From an uncultured Parabacteroides sp. (GTDB lineage Bacteria > Bacteroidota > Bacteroidia > Bacteroidales > Tannerellaceae): a DNA stretch of 64,000 nt. The notes under the pieces were generated by a model that was not told where the DNA came from, did not search any database, and worked only from the letters and a program-made list of their open reading frames with translations. The DNA lies in contig NZ_CABUOD010000024.1 in NCBI RefSeq assembly GCF_902493135.1, forward strand, positions 5,585 through 69,584, in the 5' to 3' direction. A program made the position numbers and the translations under genes. Within the stretch, counting starts at the first letter, position 1. Each line of letters begins with the position of its first letter. Below are positions 9,614 to 19,684 of the stretch, piece after piece.

Positions 9614-10198
9614 ATGCAGGAAGATGAAAGCAAAATAAAATGGAGTCAGTTCTTAGCCGGTGATAATGAAGCTTATTGTTGGATATATAAAGTCTACATA
9701 CAAATGCTGTTCCGTTACGGGCAGCGCTTTACTTCCGATACGGAGCTTATAAAAGATTGCATCCAGGATGTCTTTACCGGATTATACAAAAACAGGAAGC
9801 AACTGGTCACACCCAAAAATATAAAAGTCTACCTGCTTGTCTCCCTCAAGAACAGCCTGATCAATGCACTTTACCGGGAAGACCGCTACACGCCTTACGA
9901 TCATGAAACCGTTTCCTTTACCCTCGGACTGACGGTCGAAGAACAATATGTCACGGACGAACAGTACACCAACCAGCAAAAAAAGATACAGGAAATCCTG
10001 AACGTACTGACTCCGCGTCAAAAAGAGATTATCTACTACCGCTATATCCAAGAACTTAGCTTCGATGAAATCTGCATCATGATGGACATGAATTACCAAT
10101 CCGCACAAAACCTGATCCAGCGCTCCTTGAAGAAGATCCGCGACACATACGGGCCGATGGAAGTATTCCTCCTGCTCCTATCCGTTTCCGTCCAGTAA
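9614..10198 (+). CDS. ECF-type RNA polymerase sigma-70 factor (PUL2 regulator)
   Basis: Sigma-70 region 2 (DCIQDVFTGLYKN) and region 4 (LTPRQKEIIYYRYIQELSFDEICIMMDMNYQSAQNLIQRSLKKIR). A FecR gene follows. The ORF track starts at 9548, but MQEDESK at 9614 fits the promoter box. Confidence 0.9.
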   Translation: MQEDESKIKWSQFLAGDNEAYCWIYKVYIQMLFRYGQRFTSDTELIKDCIQDVFTGLYKNRKQLVTPKNIKVYLLVSLKNSLINALYREDRYTPYDHETVSFTLGLTVEEQYVTDEQYTNQQKKIQEILNVLTPRQKEIIYYRYIQELSFDEICIMMDMNYQSAQNLIQRSLKKIRDTYGPMEVFLLLLSVSVQ

Positions 10199-10263
10199 GA
10201 AAAATAAAAAAAATCCACTTCCGGTGAGTATAAAAAGGAAACAGCCTTGTCCTTTATATAATA

Positions 10264-11493
10264 ATGTTTACCGGAAAAATGGATAAAAACTATATAACAT
10301 ACACCGCAGACCAACTGCTGAACGACGACTTTTTCATACAGTCGGAATTGCACCCGACAGAAGAAAGCCGGGCCTTCTGGAGCGACCTTCAGACGAAGGA
10401 TGCCGCATTGTCCGGGGAGATCGAAAATGCCCGTCTCTTCCTGCATACCATTAAAATAGACAGAAATTGTTCATCCTTGTCAGACAAGGATGAACATGCG
10501 TTATGGCAACGCATCGAATTTGAAAACAAAGAAACGGAAAGAAGGGCGAAACGCAGACAATTCATCCGTTTCGCCATCGGGACGGCGGCCTCCCTTCTTT
10601 TGTTATCGGCAATCGGCTGGTATGCAACCCTGCGGCCGGAAGATACCGAAACAGACTATACGGCAATCCTCCAAGCCAATCCGGCGCCGGACAGTACAAA
10701 CAAAAAAGTGCAACTGGTCCTTTCGAACAACGAGAAGCTGACCATCGACGGGACGGAAACCCAACTCGAATATAAAAAGGAAGGAAAGGTAAACGTCAAC
10801 TCGGAACAAGTGGACCTCAGTCCGAAAGGCGATCCGGAGCAGGCACAGGAATTTAACCAACTGATCGTACCTGTCGGCCGGCGTTCGTCCATCACATTCG
10901 CCGACGGGACCCGGCTCTGGGTAAACTCCGGTTCGAAAGTCGTGTATCCGGTCAAGTTCGCAAAAGAGAAAAGGGAGATATTCGTAGAAGGAGAAATATA
11001 CCTGCACGTCAGCCGGGACGAACAAAAACCCTTCATCGTCAAGACACATCAGATGGATATAAAGGTGTTAGGGACGCAATTCAATGTCACGGCCTATGAA
11101 AACGAGGCGAACATGCAAGTGGTTCTCGTCAGTGGAAAGGTAGAAGTAAACCTCAACAACAAGAGCACGAATATCCTGGCTCCCAATCAGATGTTCTCTT
11201 ACGACAGCGATATGCACAGAGGCAAGATCAGCACGGTCGACACCGACGATTATGTGGCTTGGAAAGACGGATATTACCAGTTCCGCCAGCAACCGCTCAG
11301 AGAAATCGTGAAAAAGCTTTCCCGTTATTACGGCGTCCGTATCTATTGCGAAGAGCCGGCCGACAAGTTGTCTTGCAGCGGCAAACTGGACCTGAAAGAG
11401 AGTCTGGACGAAGTGATGAAGGCCTTGAAAGAAGCGGCTCCGATTCAAATAGAAAACAAATATGAGAGTGTAGAAATAAAAGTCAAACATTAA
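10264..11493 (+). CDS. FecR family anti-sigma factor (PUL2)
   Basis: 409 aa with a TM helix (AIGTAASLLLLSAIGWY) and a FecR domain (FADGTRLWVNSGSKVVYP..EGEIYLHV). It lies between the ECF sigma and the STN-SusC gene. Confidence 0.9.
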   Translation: MFTGKMDKNYITYTADQLLNDDFFIQSELHPTEESRAFWSDLQTKDAALSGEIENARLFLHTIKIDRNCSSLSDKDEHALWQRIEFENKETERRAKRRQFIRFAIGTAASLLLLSAIGWYATLRPEDTETDYTAILQANPAPDSTNKKVQLVLSNNEKLTIDGTETQLEYKKEGKVNVNSEQVDLSPKGDPEQAQEFNQLIVPVGRRSSITFADGTRLWVNSGSKVVYPVKFAKEKREIFVEGEIYLHVSRDEQKPFIVKTHQMDIKVLGTQFNVTAYENEANMQVVLVSGKVEVNLNNKSTNILAPNQMFSYDSDMHRGKISTVDTDDYVAWKDGYYQFRQQPLREIVKKLSRYYGVRIYCEEPADKLSCSGKLDLKESLDEVMKALKEAAPIQIENKYESVEIKVKH

Positions 11494-11608
11494 AAACCGT
11501 ACAGTATGGGTCCTTAAATCGCAACAACACAGGGAGGAAACAATCTCCTTCCCGTATAAAGATGAGAAGTATTAAAAATCTTTACCAACTTAAATCATTA
11601 CAAGCAAT

Positions 11609-14600
11609 ATGAAAAATAACACAAGGTTTAGTATTTGCCTGCTTTTTTTATGGATGAGTATGAGTTTCTGTCTGGCAGCGGAAACCTACTCGCAGGAGAC
11701 ATTCTTCACCATCGAATCGAACAACCTCACGGTGAAAGAAGTATTGAATAAGATCGAGAAAGAGAGCGAATATATCTTTTTCTATCTGGACAACTCGGTC
11801 GACCTGAACCGGAAAGTATCCGTCAAGGCACGGAAAGAGCAAGTAAGCAAGATTCTCGATCAGATATTTGAAGGGACCGACACACATTATTACATCTCCG
11901 ACCGGCAGATCATCATCTCGAAAGACGAAAAAGCCGCTCCGATCCGTTTACAACAAAAGGGACAAACCGTCACCGGTATCGTAAAAGATGCGACAGGCGA
12001 ACCGGTCATCGGAGCCAATATCGTAGAAAAAGGAACGACCAACGGCACGATTACCGATATGAACGGCCGGTTTACCCTCACCGTCAGTCCGAAAGCCGTA
12101 CTGCAGATTTCCTACATCGGCTTCAACACGCTGGATATGCCGGTAGGAAACAAATCATCGCTGACGATCAAGCTGACGGAAGACACAAAAGCATTGGACG
12201 AAGTGGTCGTCGTGGGCTACGGTGTGATGCGCAAGAGCGACCTGACGGGTTCCGTCGGTTCCGTAAAGTCCGACGTGATCCAGAAACAGGCGATCTCTTC
12301 TTTCGACCAGGGCTTGCAAGGCAAGGTGGCCGGCGTACAGGTCATGGCGACTTCCGGTTCTCCGGGCGGTGTGGTCGATATCCGTATTCGCGGCGGCAAC
12401 TCACTGACGTCGGGTAACCAGCCTCTGTATGTCATCGACGGCTATCCCGTCACGGCTGGCGGTTCGGCGGGAGGTTCCGGTGCGGGACAAAACCCGCTGG
12501 CGACTTTGAATCCCGGCGATATCGAAAGCATGGAAATCCTGAAAGACGCTTCCGCCACTTCCATCTACGGTTCACGCGGAGCCAACGGTGTCATCCTGAT
12601 CACGACCAAGAGAGGCAAACAGGGAAAGACAACGGTCACTTATGACGGGTATGCAGGTTTCCAGCATGTAGCCAAGAAACTGGATATGATGAACGCTACC
12701 GAATGGGCCGAAATGGCCAACGAAGGCGCCACGACAGACGGCCGCCCCCTCTATTATCCGAGTGCCTCGCCCAACCCGCTATATCCGGCAATCGACCAGT
12801 TGGGAGAAGGGACAAACTATCAGGACCTCATTTTCCGTTCCGCCCCGATACACAGCCATAATGTTTCGGTCAACGGCGGTAGCGAAAACACGAAGTTCTC
12901 GGTGGTTGCCAGCTATTTCGCACAGGACGGCGTCGTGAAGAACCAGGACTTCAACCGCGTTTCGTTGCGAAACAACATCGACACCAAGATCTCCAAAGTC
13001 GTCGACCTGTCGACCAGCTTCACGATCAGCCGCGTATTTGCCAATATCGGCCGTGAGAACGGAGACGGCGGCGGTAACACTTCCGTTATTAACGCCGCAC
13101 TCGTATTGCCGCCGACCGTCCCGGTACGTGACCCCGAAACAGGCGACTTTATCCGCATGAACTACCTGTCCGGCTCTTCGGCCGTCCCCAACCCGGTCCC
13201 GTATGTGGAATACCTCCAGGACAAAGGGACGATCGACCGTATATTGGCATCGGCAGACCTGACGTTCCACATCATCGACGGACTGACGCTGAAAGTCAGC
13301 GGAGGCGCCGATATGTCGAGCGCATTGCGCGAAGTGTACGAACCGAAAGAGACCAACACCGGCTATAATGCGAACGGTATCGCACAGCAGCAGAACCGCC
13401 GCAGCAGTTCTTACTCGAATGAAAATATCCTGACTTATATCAAGAAGTTCGGTGTGCACTCGCTGAACGTGATGGTCGGTTCTTCCCTTCTGTACGAAGA
13501 AAACAAGACCAGTTCGATGACGGCCCGCGACTTCATCAGCGACGTTTATGGATATAACAATCTGGATGCCGGCGCACAATGGGACAAACCGAATACAGGA
13601 AGAAGCAAAAGCACGCTGTTATCCGGCTTCGGACGTGTCAACTACGTCCTGATGGACAAATATCTTTTCACCGTAACGGGACGTGCCGACGGCAGTTCCA
13701 AATTCGGGACGAACAACAAATGGGCGTTCTTCCCTTCCTTCGCAGCCGCCTGGCGTATCAACCAGGAAAAGTTCATGAAAGAAATAGACTGGATCAGCAA
13801 CCTGAAGATCAGAGGCAGCTGGGGTGTAACCGGTAATCAGAACATCTCAAGCTATTCTTCACAGGAAAAGATGAACACGTACGTATATCCGGTCGGGGGC
13901 GTGACCAGTGTGGGTATCGGTGCAGGCAATATGCCGAACCCGGACCTGAAATGGGAAACGACCGCTATCACCGATATCGGCCTTGACTTCGGCGTGCTTA
14001 ACAACCGCATCAACTTCACAGCCGATTATTATTACAAGAAGACAACCGACTTGTTGTGGAACATCTCCGTTCCGTTGACGACCGGTTTCGGAACAGTTCT
14101 GAAAAACATCGGTAGCCTGGAAAATAAAGGGCTTGAACTGAGCGTGTCTGCGGATGTGCTGACCGGGCAGTTCAAATGGAACACCATGATCAACTGGTCT
14201 ACCAACAAAAATAAGGTGTTGGAAATTCCGGGTTACATCCCGACCCAGCAAGGGACGATCTCCGGCCACCTGAAGGTAAACGGCAGCTGGCTCGAACCGG
14301 GTTTGCCTGTCGGTGTATGGAACTTGCTGAAAACAAACGGCGTGATGCGTACGGAAAAGGAATGGCAAGACGCCGCGCGTGTTGCAGACACAAACTTCGA
14401 CAAAGTGGGTGACATGAGTTTTGTGGACAAAAACGGAGACGGCAAGATCAGTTTCGGGGAGGACCGCCAGATCGTAGGTGACCCGAACCCGGATTTCATC
14501 TTCGGCTGGACCAACAATTTCTCTTATAAGAATTTCGACCTGTCTATCTATATCAACGGTTCTGTCGGCAACGATATATATAATGTATTACGCGCCGAGA

Positions 14601-14974
14601 CAAATATCGTCAGTACCTGGGGTAACCAGCGTGCAGAAGTGATGAACCGCTGGACGGCCGACAATCCGAACGGAAAGTACCCGCGTGCCCACGTGCTGGT
14701 CAACCAGAATTTGCTACAATCAGACTTCCTGATCGAAGACGGTTCATTCCTGCGCGTACAAAACGTGACGTTAGGCTATACGTTCCCGAAAGTTTCATTC
14801 CTCAGGTCACTGCGTGTTTATGCCACCGCACAGAACTTGTTGACGATTACCGGCTACTCCGGTTTCAATCCGGAAGTGAACAGCCAGGGACAAAGTAATC
14901 TCCAGATGGGTGTGGACTATAACGCCTACCCGACTGCCCGCTCTTTCATTCTTGGTGTAAACATTGGTTTTTAA
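11609..14974 (+). CDS. SusC/RagA family TonB-dependent receptor with STN extension (PUL2)
   Basis: 1121 aa with an STN-like segment (VKEVLNKIEKESEYIFFYLDNSVDLNRKVSVKAR), a CarbopepD-like domain (VTGIVKDATGEPVIGANIVEKGTTNGTITDMNGRF), and a barrel ending in NIGF. Confidence 0.92.
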   Translation: MKNNTRFSICLLFLWMSMSFCLAAETYSQETFFTIESNNLTVKEVLNKIEKESEYIFFYLDNSVDLNRKVSVKARKEQVSKILDQIFEGTDTHYYISDRQIIISKDEKAAPIRLQQKGQTVTGIVKDATGEPVIGANIVEKGTTNGTITDMNGRFTLTVSPKAVLQISYIGFNTLDMPVGNKSSLTIKLTEDTKALDEVVVVGYGVMRKSDLTGSVGSVKSDVIQKQAISSFDQGLQGKVAGVQVMATSGSPGGVVDIRIRGGNSLTSGNQPLYVIDGYPVTAGGSAGGSGAGQNPLATLNPGDIESMEILKDASATSIYGSRGANGVILITTKRGKQGKTTVTYDGYAGFQHVAKKLDMMNATEWAEMANEGATTDGRPLYYPSASPNPLYPAIDQLGEGTNYQDLIFRSAPIHSHNVSVNGGSENTKFSVVASYFAQDGVVKNQDFNRVSLRNNIDTKISKVVDLSTSFTISRVFANIGRENGDGGGNTSVINAALVLPPTVPVRDPETGDFIRMNYLSGSSAVPNPVPYVEYLQDKGTIDRILASADLTFHIIDGLTLKVSGGADMSSALREVYEPKETNTGYNANGIAQQQNRRSSSYSNENILTYIKKFGVHSLNVMVGSSLLYEENKTSSMTARDFISDVYGYNNLDAGAQWDKPNTGRSKSTLLSGFGRVNYVLMDKYLFTVTGRADGSSKFGTNNKWAFFPSFAAAWRINQEKFMKEIDWISNLKIRGSWGVTGNQNISSYSSQEKMNTYVYPVGGVTSVGIGAGNMPNPDLKWETTAITDIGLDFGVLNNRINFTADYYYKKTTDLLWNISVPLTTGFGTVLKNIGSLENKGLELSVSADVLTGQFKWNTMINWSTNKNKVLEIPGYIPTQQGTISGHLKVNGSWLEPGLPVGVWNLLKTNGVMRTEKEWQDAARVADTNFDKVGDMSFVDKNGDGKISFGEDRQIVGDPNPDFIFGWTNNFSYKNFDLSIYINGSVGNDIYNVLRAETNIVSTWGNQRAEVMNRWTADNPNGKYPRAHVLVNQNLLQSDFLIEDGSFLRVQNVTLGYTFPKVSFLRSLRVYATAQNLLTITGYSGFNPEVNSQGQSNLQMGVDYNAYPTARSFILGVNIGF

Positions 14975-14994
14975 TCATTTAAAACGAACAGAAT

Positions 14995-16467
14995 ATGAAA
15001 CTATATAACTATATAATCGGATTAGCATTACTGGTGTCCTCTTCCTCTTGTAACTTCCTGGATGAAGAAGCGTACGAGTTTATCACACCCGACAACTTCT
15101 ATAAAACGGAAGCTGATGCAAATGCTGCGCTGACAGCCGTCTATAACACATTCAGCGACGAAAAAAGCTACAGACGCTACATCTGGATGGGCGCCGATTT
15201 TCCAGGCGAAGCTGCTTATGCCAATGCCAGCGCTCCATCACGTGTGGAAATGGACAACCTGACCTGGACAACCACTACGGACTTTTGTAAGAACATCTGG
15301 CAAATTTCTTATTCTGCCATCCGACGTTCCAACAACCTGTTACTGAATATAGACAAGATTTCATTCAAATCGGAAGATACGAAAAAACAAGTTATCGGAC
15401 AGGCAAAGTTCCTGCGTGCTCTCTACTATTTTGTACTGATACGCTTTTATGACCATATCGTCGTTATTCGGGAAACCGACAATCTAAACGAAGAGACTCC
15501 GTCCAATCAAGGGACAGACGATGCCGCATGGGCTTTGATAGAAGAAGATTTGCAGTACGCGGAATCCGTTCTGCCGGTAAGATGGGGAGACTCAGATGGC
15601 GGTCGGGCTACCAAAGGTGCCGCCATGGCAATGCTGACGAAAGTATATCTGACACAAGCCGGATGGCCTTGGAACAAAGCGGGCTTCTGGGAAAAAGCGG
15701 CATCAAAAGCGACCGAGATCATCAGCAACGAAGGGGCTTTCGGCTATGGGTTGGAGGATAACTTCAGACGCATTTTCGATGTGACCAACGAACATGGTAA
15801 AGAGTATATCTTCGATGTCGAATTTCAGACCAACATCAACGGACAGGATATTCCGGCTTTATCAGGCATGCGCGGTTACAACATCAAGAAAACGGACGGT
15901 TGGTCCTCCTTCATTTCCACTCCTGAATTTTATAAGAGCTACGAAGTGGGTGATAAGCGTTTATCCACTACGTTCGTAACGGAATTCACGGATATGAAGA
16001 ACGGGAAACAGTATGTCTACGATCCGGACAATGTAACGGAACCGTCTTTCCCGCTTTGCCATTTTGCCAAATATCTGGACCCGAACGACAACCAGTCTAC
16101 AAAAGCCGGCGACTACGGTTGCAATTGGAAAGTTGTCCGTTATGCCGATGTCCTGATGATGCAGTCCGAAGCCTTTTGCGAAATGAACCGTATCGGAGAT
16201 GCACTGGCGGGAATCAACCGGGTACGGGCAAGAGCCGGACTCGATCCGATCCCTTCATCCATTTCGCAAGCGGATTTGCGGAAAGCGATCATACAGGAAC
16301 GTATCTGGGAGTTTGCAGCCGAAGGACATTCTTTGTTCGACATGAAACGGCAGCATTGCATGGCAGAACGTTTGGGCAGAGTTGTAGATGATAAATATTA
16401 TTCATTACCTTTGCCTCAGGACGAAACGGACAAGAATCCGAATCTGAAACAGCATCCGCTGTGGTAA
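14995..16467 (+). CDS. SusD/RagB family lipoprotein (PUL2)
   Basis: Lipobox (LLVSSSSC), 490 aa, SusD-like motifs (FLRALYYFVLIRFYD, VRYADVLMMQSEA). It lies immediately after the SusC gene. Confidence 0.9.
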   Translation: MKLYNYIIGLALLVSSSSCNFLDEEAYEFITPDNFYKTEADANAALTAVYNTFSDEKSYRRYIWMGADFPGEAAYANASAPSRVEMDNLTWTTTTDFCKNIWQISYSAIRRSNNLLLNIDKISFKSEDTKKQVIGQAKFLRALYYFVLIRFYDHIVVIRETDNLNEETPSNQGTDDAAWALIEEDLQYAESVLPVRWGDSDGGRATKGAAMAMLTKVYLTQAGWPWNKAGFWEKAASKATEIISNEGAFGYGLEDNFRRIFDVTNEHGKEYIFDVEFQTNINGQDIPALSGMRGYNIKKTDGWSSFISTPEFYKSYEVGDKRLSTTFVTEFTDMKNGKQYVYDPDNVTEPSFPLCHFAKYLDPNDNQSTKAGDYGCNWKVVRYADVLMMQSEAFCEMNRIGDALAGINRVRARAGLDPIPSSISQADLRKAIIQERIWEFAAEGHSLFDMKRQHCMAERLGRVVDDKYYSLPLPQDETDKNPNLKQHPLW

Positions 16468-16497
16468 TTCGATAAATGTAGATTTATCATACAATAA

Positions 16498-16580
16498 TTA
16501 GGCACGGATTACACGGATTTCGCGGATAATATTATTGATTTAAAACAAAAACCGTGTTAATCCGTGTAATCCGTGCCTAA
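16498..16580. repeat. Cargo-less inverted-repeat hairpin of the CGGAT 9-nt-periodic family
   Basis: The arm TTAGGCACGGATTACACGGATT (16498-16519) is perfectly complementary to 16559-16580, with a ~39-nt loop. CGGAT cores lie at 16505, 16514 and 16523 (9-nt spacing). Confidence 0.85.
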
Positions 16581-16636
16581 AATAAATCATCACTTACAAT
16601 CCCTATTTATTCAGAAAACCTTTTAATACTTACTAT

Positions 16637-19405
16637 ATGAAATGTTTTTATTCTTTTTTATTCTTATTGGGTAGCCTCTTTATAAATGGGCAAACCACTG
16701 ATGTAAAATATTTATCCGGACAAGGTTCGGACGATGCGGTCGAATGGGATTTCTTCTGCACCGGAGGCAGGAAAAGCGGGGAATGGAACAAGATAAAAGT
16801 TCCGTCTTGCTGGGAAATGGAAGGATACGGAACCTTCAATTACGGGCACGACAAGCCGAAAGCCGACGAATCCGGATTGTATAAAACGACATTCGAAGTG
16901 CCGGCGGCATGGAAAGGGAAACGTATCTTTATCGTCTTCGAAGGTTCCATGACCGATACGGAGATTAAGGTAAACGGTAAACAGGCAGGGCCCATCCATC
17001 AGGGAGCTTTCTATCGCTTCAAACGGGAAATAACCAAATTGGTTCATGACAACAAAAGCAATCTACTGGAAGTCAAAGTAAATAAAATGTCGTCCAACTC
17101 CAGCATCAACGAAGCGGAACGGCAATGTGACTTCTGGGTGTTCGGAGGCATCTTCCGTCCGGTTTATCTGGAAGCTGTTCCCGAAAACTTCATCGAATAT
17201 ACGGCGATCGACGCCCGGCAAGACGGCGAACTGAACGCAGATATATTTATAGACAAGAAACTTTCCGGCATAAAAGCGGAAATAGAGGTCAGAGACGCAC
17301 AGGACCGGACGATGGGTAAAATCGCATCTGTCCCTGTAAACGCAAAGACCGGCAAGATATCCCTTTCAGGTAAGATCGATAACATCCAACCCTGGTCGGC
17401 TGAAGATCCTCAACTATACACGGCCATAATCACGCTTCGACAAAAGGACAAGATATTACATACCCTGACAGACCGGATCGGTTTCCGCACCATTGAAGTA
17501 AAGCCCAAAGACGGCGTTTATATAAACGGCGTGAAAATGCGTTTCAAAGGCGTGAACCGCCACTCCCACTGGCCCACGACCGGACGAACGACAAACAAAC
17601 AGCTTAGCATCAATGACGTCAAACTGATGAAAGAGATGAATATGAATGCAGTCCGTATGTCGCACTACCCGCCTGACAAACATTTCCTCGAAGTTTGCGA
17701 TTCGCTGGGAATGTACGTGATAGATGAATTATGCGCCTGGCAATATCCGCCTTATGACACGGAAGTCGGAGCCCTGTTGGTCGGTGAAATGCTGAAACGG
17801 GATCTCAACCGTCCGTCTATCGTATTCTGGGCAAACGGGAATGAGGGAGGTTTCAATCTCGACCTCGATCCGCTGTTTCCGCAATATGACCCGCAAAAGC
17901 GGGCGGTCCTGCATCCCTGGGCATTATCGGGAAATATCAATACGGTACATTACATCAAATATAATTCCGGTATCGGTAATATGTTCCACGGAAGGGATAT
18001 CTTTATGCCGACGGAAATCCTGCACGGATTATACGACGGAGGCCACGGGGCCGGACTCGACGACTACTGGAACCTGATGCTCTCCAATCCTCTATCCGCC
18101 GGAATGTTCCTTTGGGATTTTGCAGACCAGGCAGTTCTCCGCGAAGATAAAAACGGATTCTACGACACCGACAAGGATCACGGAGCCGACGGTATCGTAG
18201 GCCCATATCGCGAAAAAGAAGGCAGCTTCTTTACAATCAAAGAAATATGGTCGCCGATCCATCTGCCGGAACGTTATCTCACACCGGGATGGGACGGGCG
18301 TTTCGATATAGAAAATAGATATGCCTTCACAAACGCAAACGCTTGTAGCTACACATACCGGCTGGCTAAAATCAACTCGCTTCAGGGAAAAGACATACAA
18401 TCTGTTTCCGGCAAGATCGAAGCCCCCGATATCCGTCCGGGAGAAAGAGGATATTTACAGCTCGAACTTCCCTCCGGCTGGCAGGACTACGACTTTCTAT
18501 ATGTCACGGTAAAAGACCGTTACAACCAGGTGTTATTTACCTGGAGCTACGAGATCGGCACACCCGGCCGTCTTGCCAACCGCCTGCTGCCACAGGAAGG
18601 CAGCGCACCGCAAGTGAAAGAAAACACCGATAACTGGTGCTTTTCGGCCGCCGGTACGGAGGTATCGTTCGACAAAGAGAACGGCCTGCTCCGGTCAGTC
18701 ACTTCCGGGGGTAAAGTAATCCCGTTGAATAACGGTCCGGTGTTGATATCCGGCCAGGACCTTGTTTGTAAATCAGTAGAATTTAAGCAAGCCGGGGAAA
18801 AGCCTCAACTGATTGCCTCCTATACGTCCCGGAACGGGAAAAACACAGTCTATACGTTTACCTGGACCATGCTCCCTTCGGGTATTGTGGAACTGGATTA
18901 CAACTACCGTCCCCAAGACAATGTCAAGATGGCAGGTATCACGTTCGATTTTCCGGAAAAAGAGATTGCCGGGGCCACCCTGCTCGCCAACGGCCCCTAC
19001 CGCGTGTACAACAACCGGATGAAAGGCGGATCCCTGAATATCTGGGAAAAGAAATATAATAACACCATCACCGGCGAAAGTTGGGATTATCCGGAATTCA
19101 AAGGATACTATTCTCTTTTCTACGGGATGAAACTCGACTGTCCCACTCCTTTTGAAGTTTATAGCGGGAAAGAGGACGTCACTTTGCACCTCTTCACGCC
19201 TGCCATACAAAGTCAATACGACCCGAAACGTAACAATACGATCGTCGATTATCCGGAAGGAAACATCTCTTTCATGAATGCGATCCCGGCTGTCGGGACC
19301 AAATTCGGAAAAGCGGAAGATTTCGGACCTCAATCGCAGCCCCACCGGGCAAGAGGAAACGGACCGGAAAATAATGTCAGTGGAAAATTATATTTCCGCT
19401 TCTGA
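16637..19405 (+). CDS. Glycoside hydrolase family 2 protein (PUL2)
   Basis: 922 aa with a signal peptide, a GH2 N-terminal sugar-binding pattern (VPSCWEMEGYGTFNYG), TIM-barrel motifs (NAVRMSHYPPD, WANGNEGGF) and large C-terminal beta domains. Confidence 0.8.
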   Translation: MKCFYSFLFLLGSLFINGQTTDVKYLSGQGSDDAVEWDFFCTGGRKSGEWNKIKVPSCWEMEGYGTFNYGHDKPKADESGLYKTTFEVPAAWKGKRIFIVFEGSMTDTEIKVNGKQAGPIHQGAFYRFKREITKLVHDNKSNLLEVKVNKMSSNSSINEAERQCDFWVFGGIFRPVYLEAVPENFIEYTAIDARQDGELNADIFIDKKLSGIKAEIEVRDAQDRTMGKIASVPVNAKTGKISLSGKIDNIQPWSAEDPQLYTAIITLRQKDKILHTLTDRIGFRTIEVKPKDGVYINGVKMRFKGVNRHSHWPTTGRTTNKQLSINDVKLMKEMNMNAVRMSHYPPDKHFLEVCDSLGMYVIDELCAWQYPPYDTEVGALLVGEMLKRDLNRPSIVFWANGNEGGFNLDLDPLFPQYDPQKRAVLHPWALSGNINTVHYIKYNSGIGNMFHGRDIFMPTEILHGLYDGGHGAGLDDYWNLMLSNPLSAGMFLWDFADQAVLREDKNGFYDTDKDHGADGIVGPYREKEGSFFTIKEIWSPIHLPERYLTPGWDGRFDIENRYAFTNANACSYTYRLAKINSLQGKDIQSVSGKIEAPDIRPGERGYLQLELPSGWQDYDFLYVTVKDRYNQVLFTWSYEIGTPGRLANRLLPQEGSAPQVKENTDNWCFSAAGTEVSFDKENGLLRSVTSGGKVIPLNNGPVLISGQDLVCKSVEFKQAGEKPQLIASYTSRNGKNTVYTFTWTMLPSGIVELDYNYRPQDNVKMAGITFDFPEKEIAGATLLANGPYRVYNNRMKGGSLNIWEKKYNNTITGESWDYPEFKGYYSLFYGMKLDCPTPFEVYSGKEDVTLHLFTPAIQSQYDPKRNNTIVDYPEGNISFMNAIPAVGTKFGKAEDFGPQSQPHRARGNGPENNVSGKLYFRF

Positions 19406-19429
19406 CAGAAGTAAATACAATTAAAAGTA

Positions 19430-19478
19430 ATTAACGGTTATATCTGGGATGCGCTGGAATAACCGTTAATTTGTTTTG
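19430..19478 (+). terminator. Rho-independent terminator-like hairpin after GH2
   Basis: A 12-bp stem ATTAACGGTTAT / ATAACCGTTAAT (19430-19441 / 19459-19470) is followed by TTGTTTTG. Confidence 0.6.
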
Positions 19479-19496
19479 ATTAACAACAACTTTATC

Positions 19497-19504
19497 TATA
19501 TTTG
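19497..19504 (+). promoter_or_regulatory. Candidate -7 promoter box (TATATTTG) for the third SusC/SusD unit
   Basis: Perfect TAnnTTTG match downstream of the terminator and ~180 nt upstream of the SusC ATG at 19685. Confidence 0.35.
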
Positions 19505-19684
19505 CAGAGTCTTCAACAAGATCAGAGAACGTAAATAAATTGTGTTTTATAAATATAAACTTAAATCAATTATCCAATGGGACCATGAAATCGAAGGAAC
19601 TTTCCTATGTAGAGAATAGCTACGTATATTCTCCGTATTCATTCAGTTAACTTATTGAGTAATCACTTAAATTACCATGTAGAC

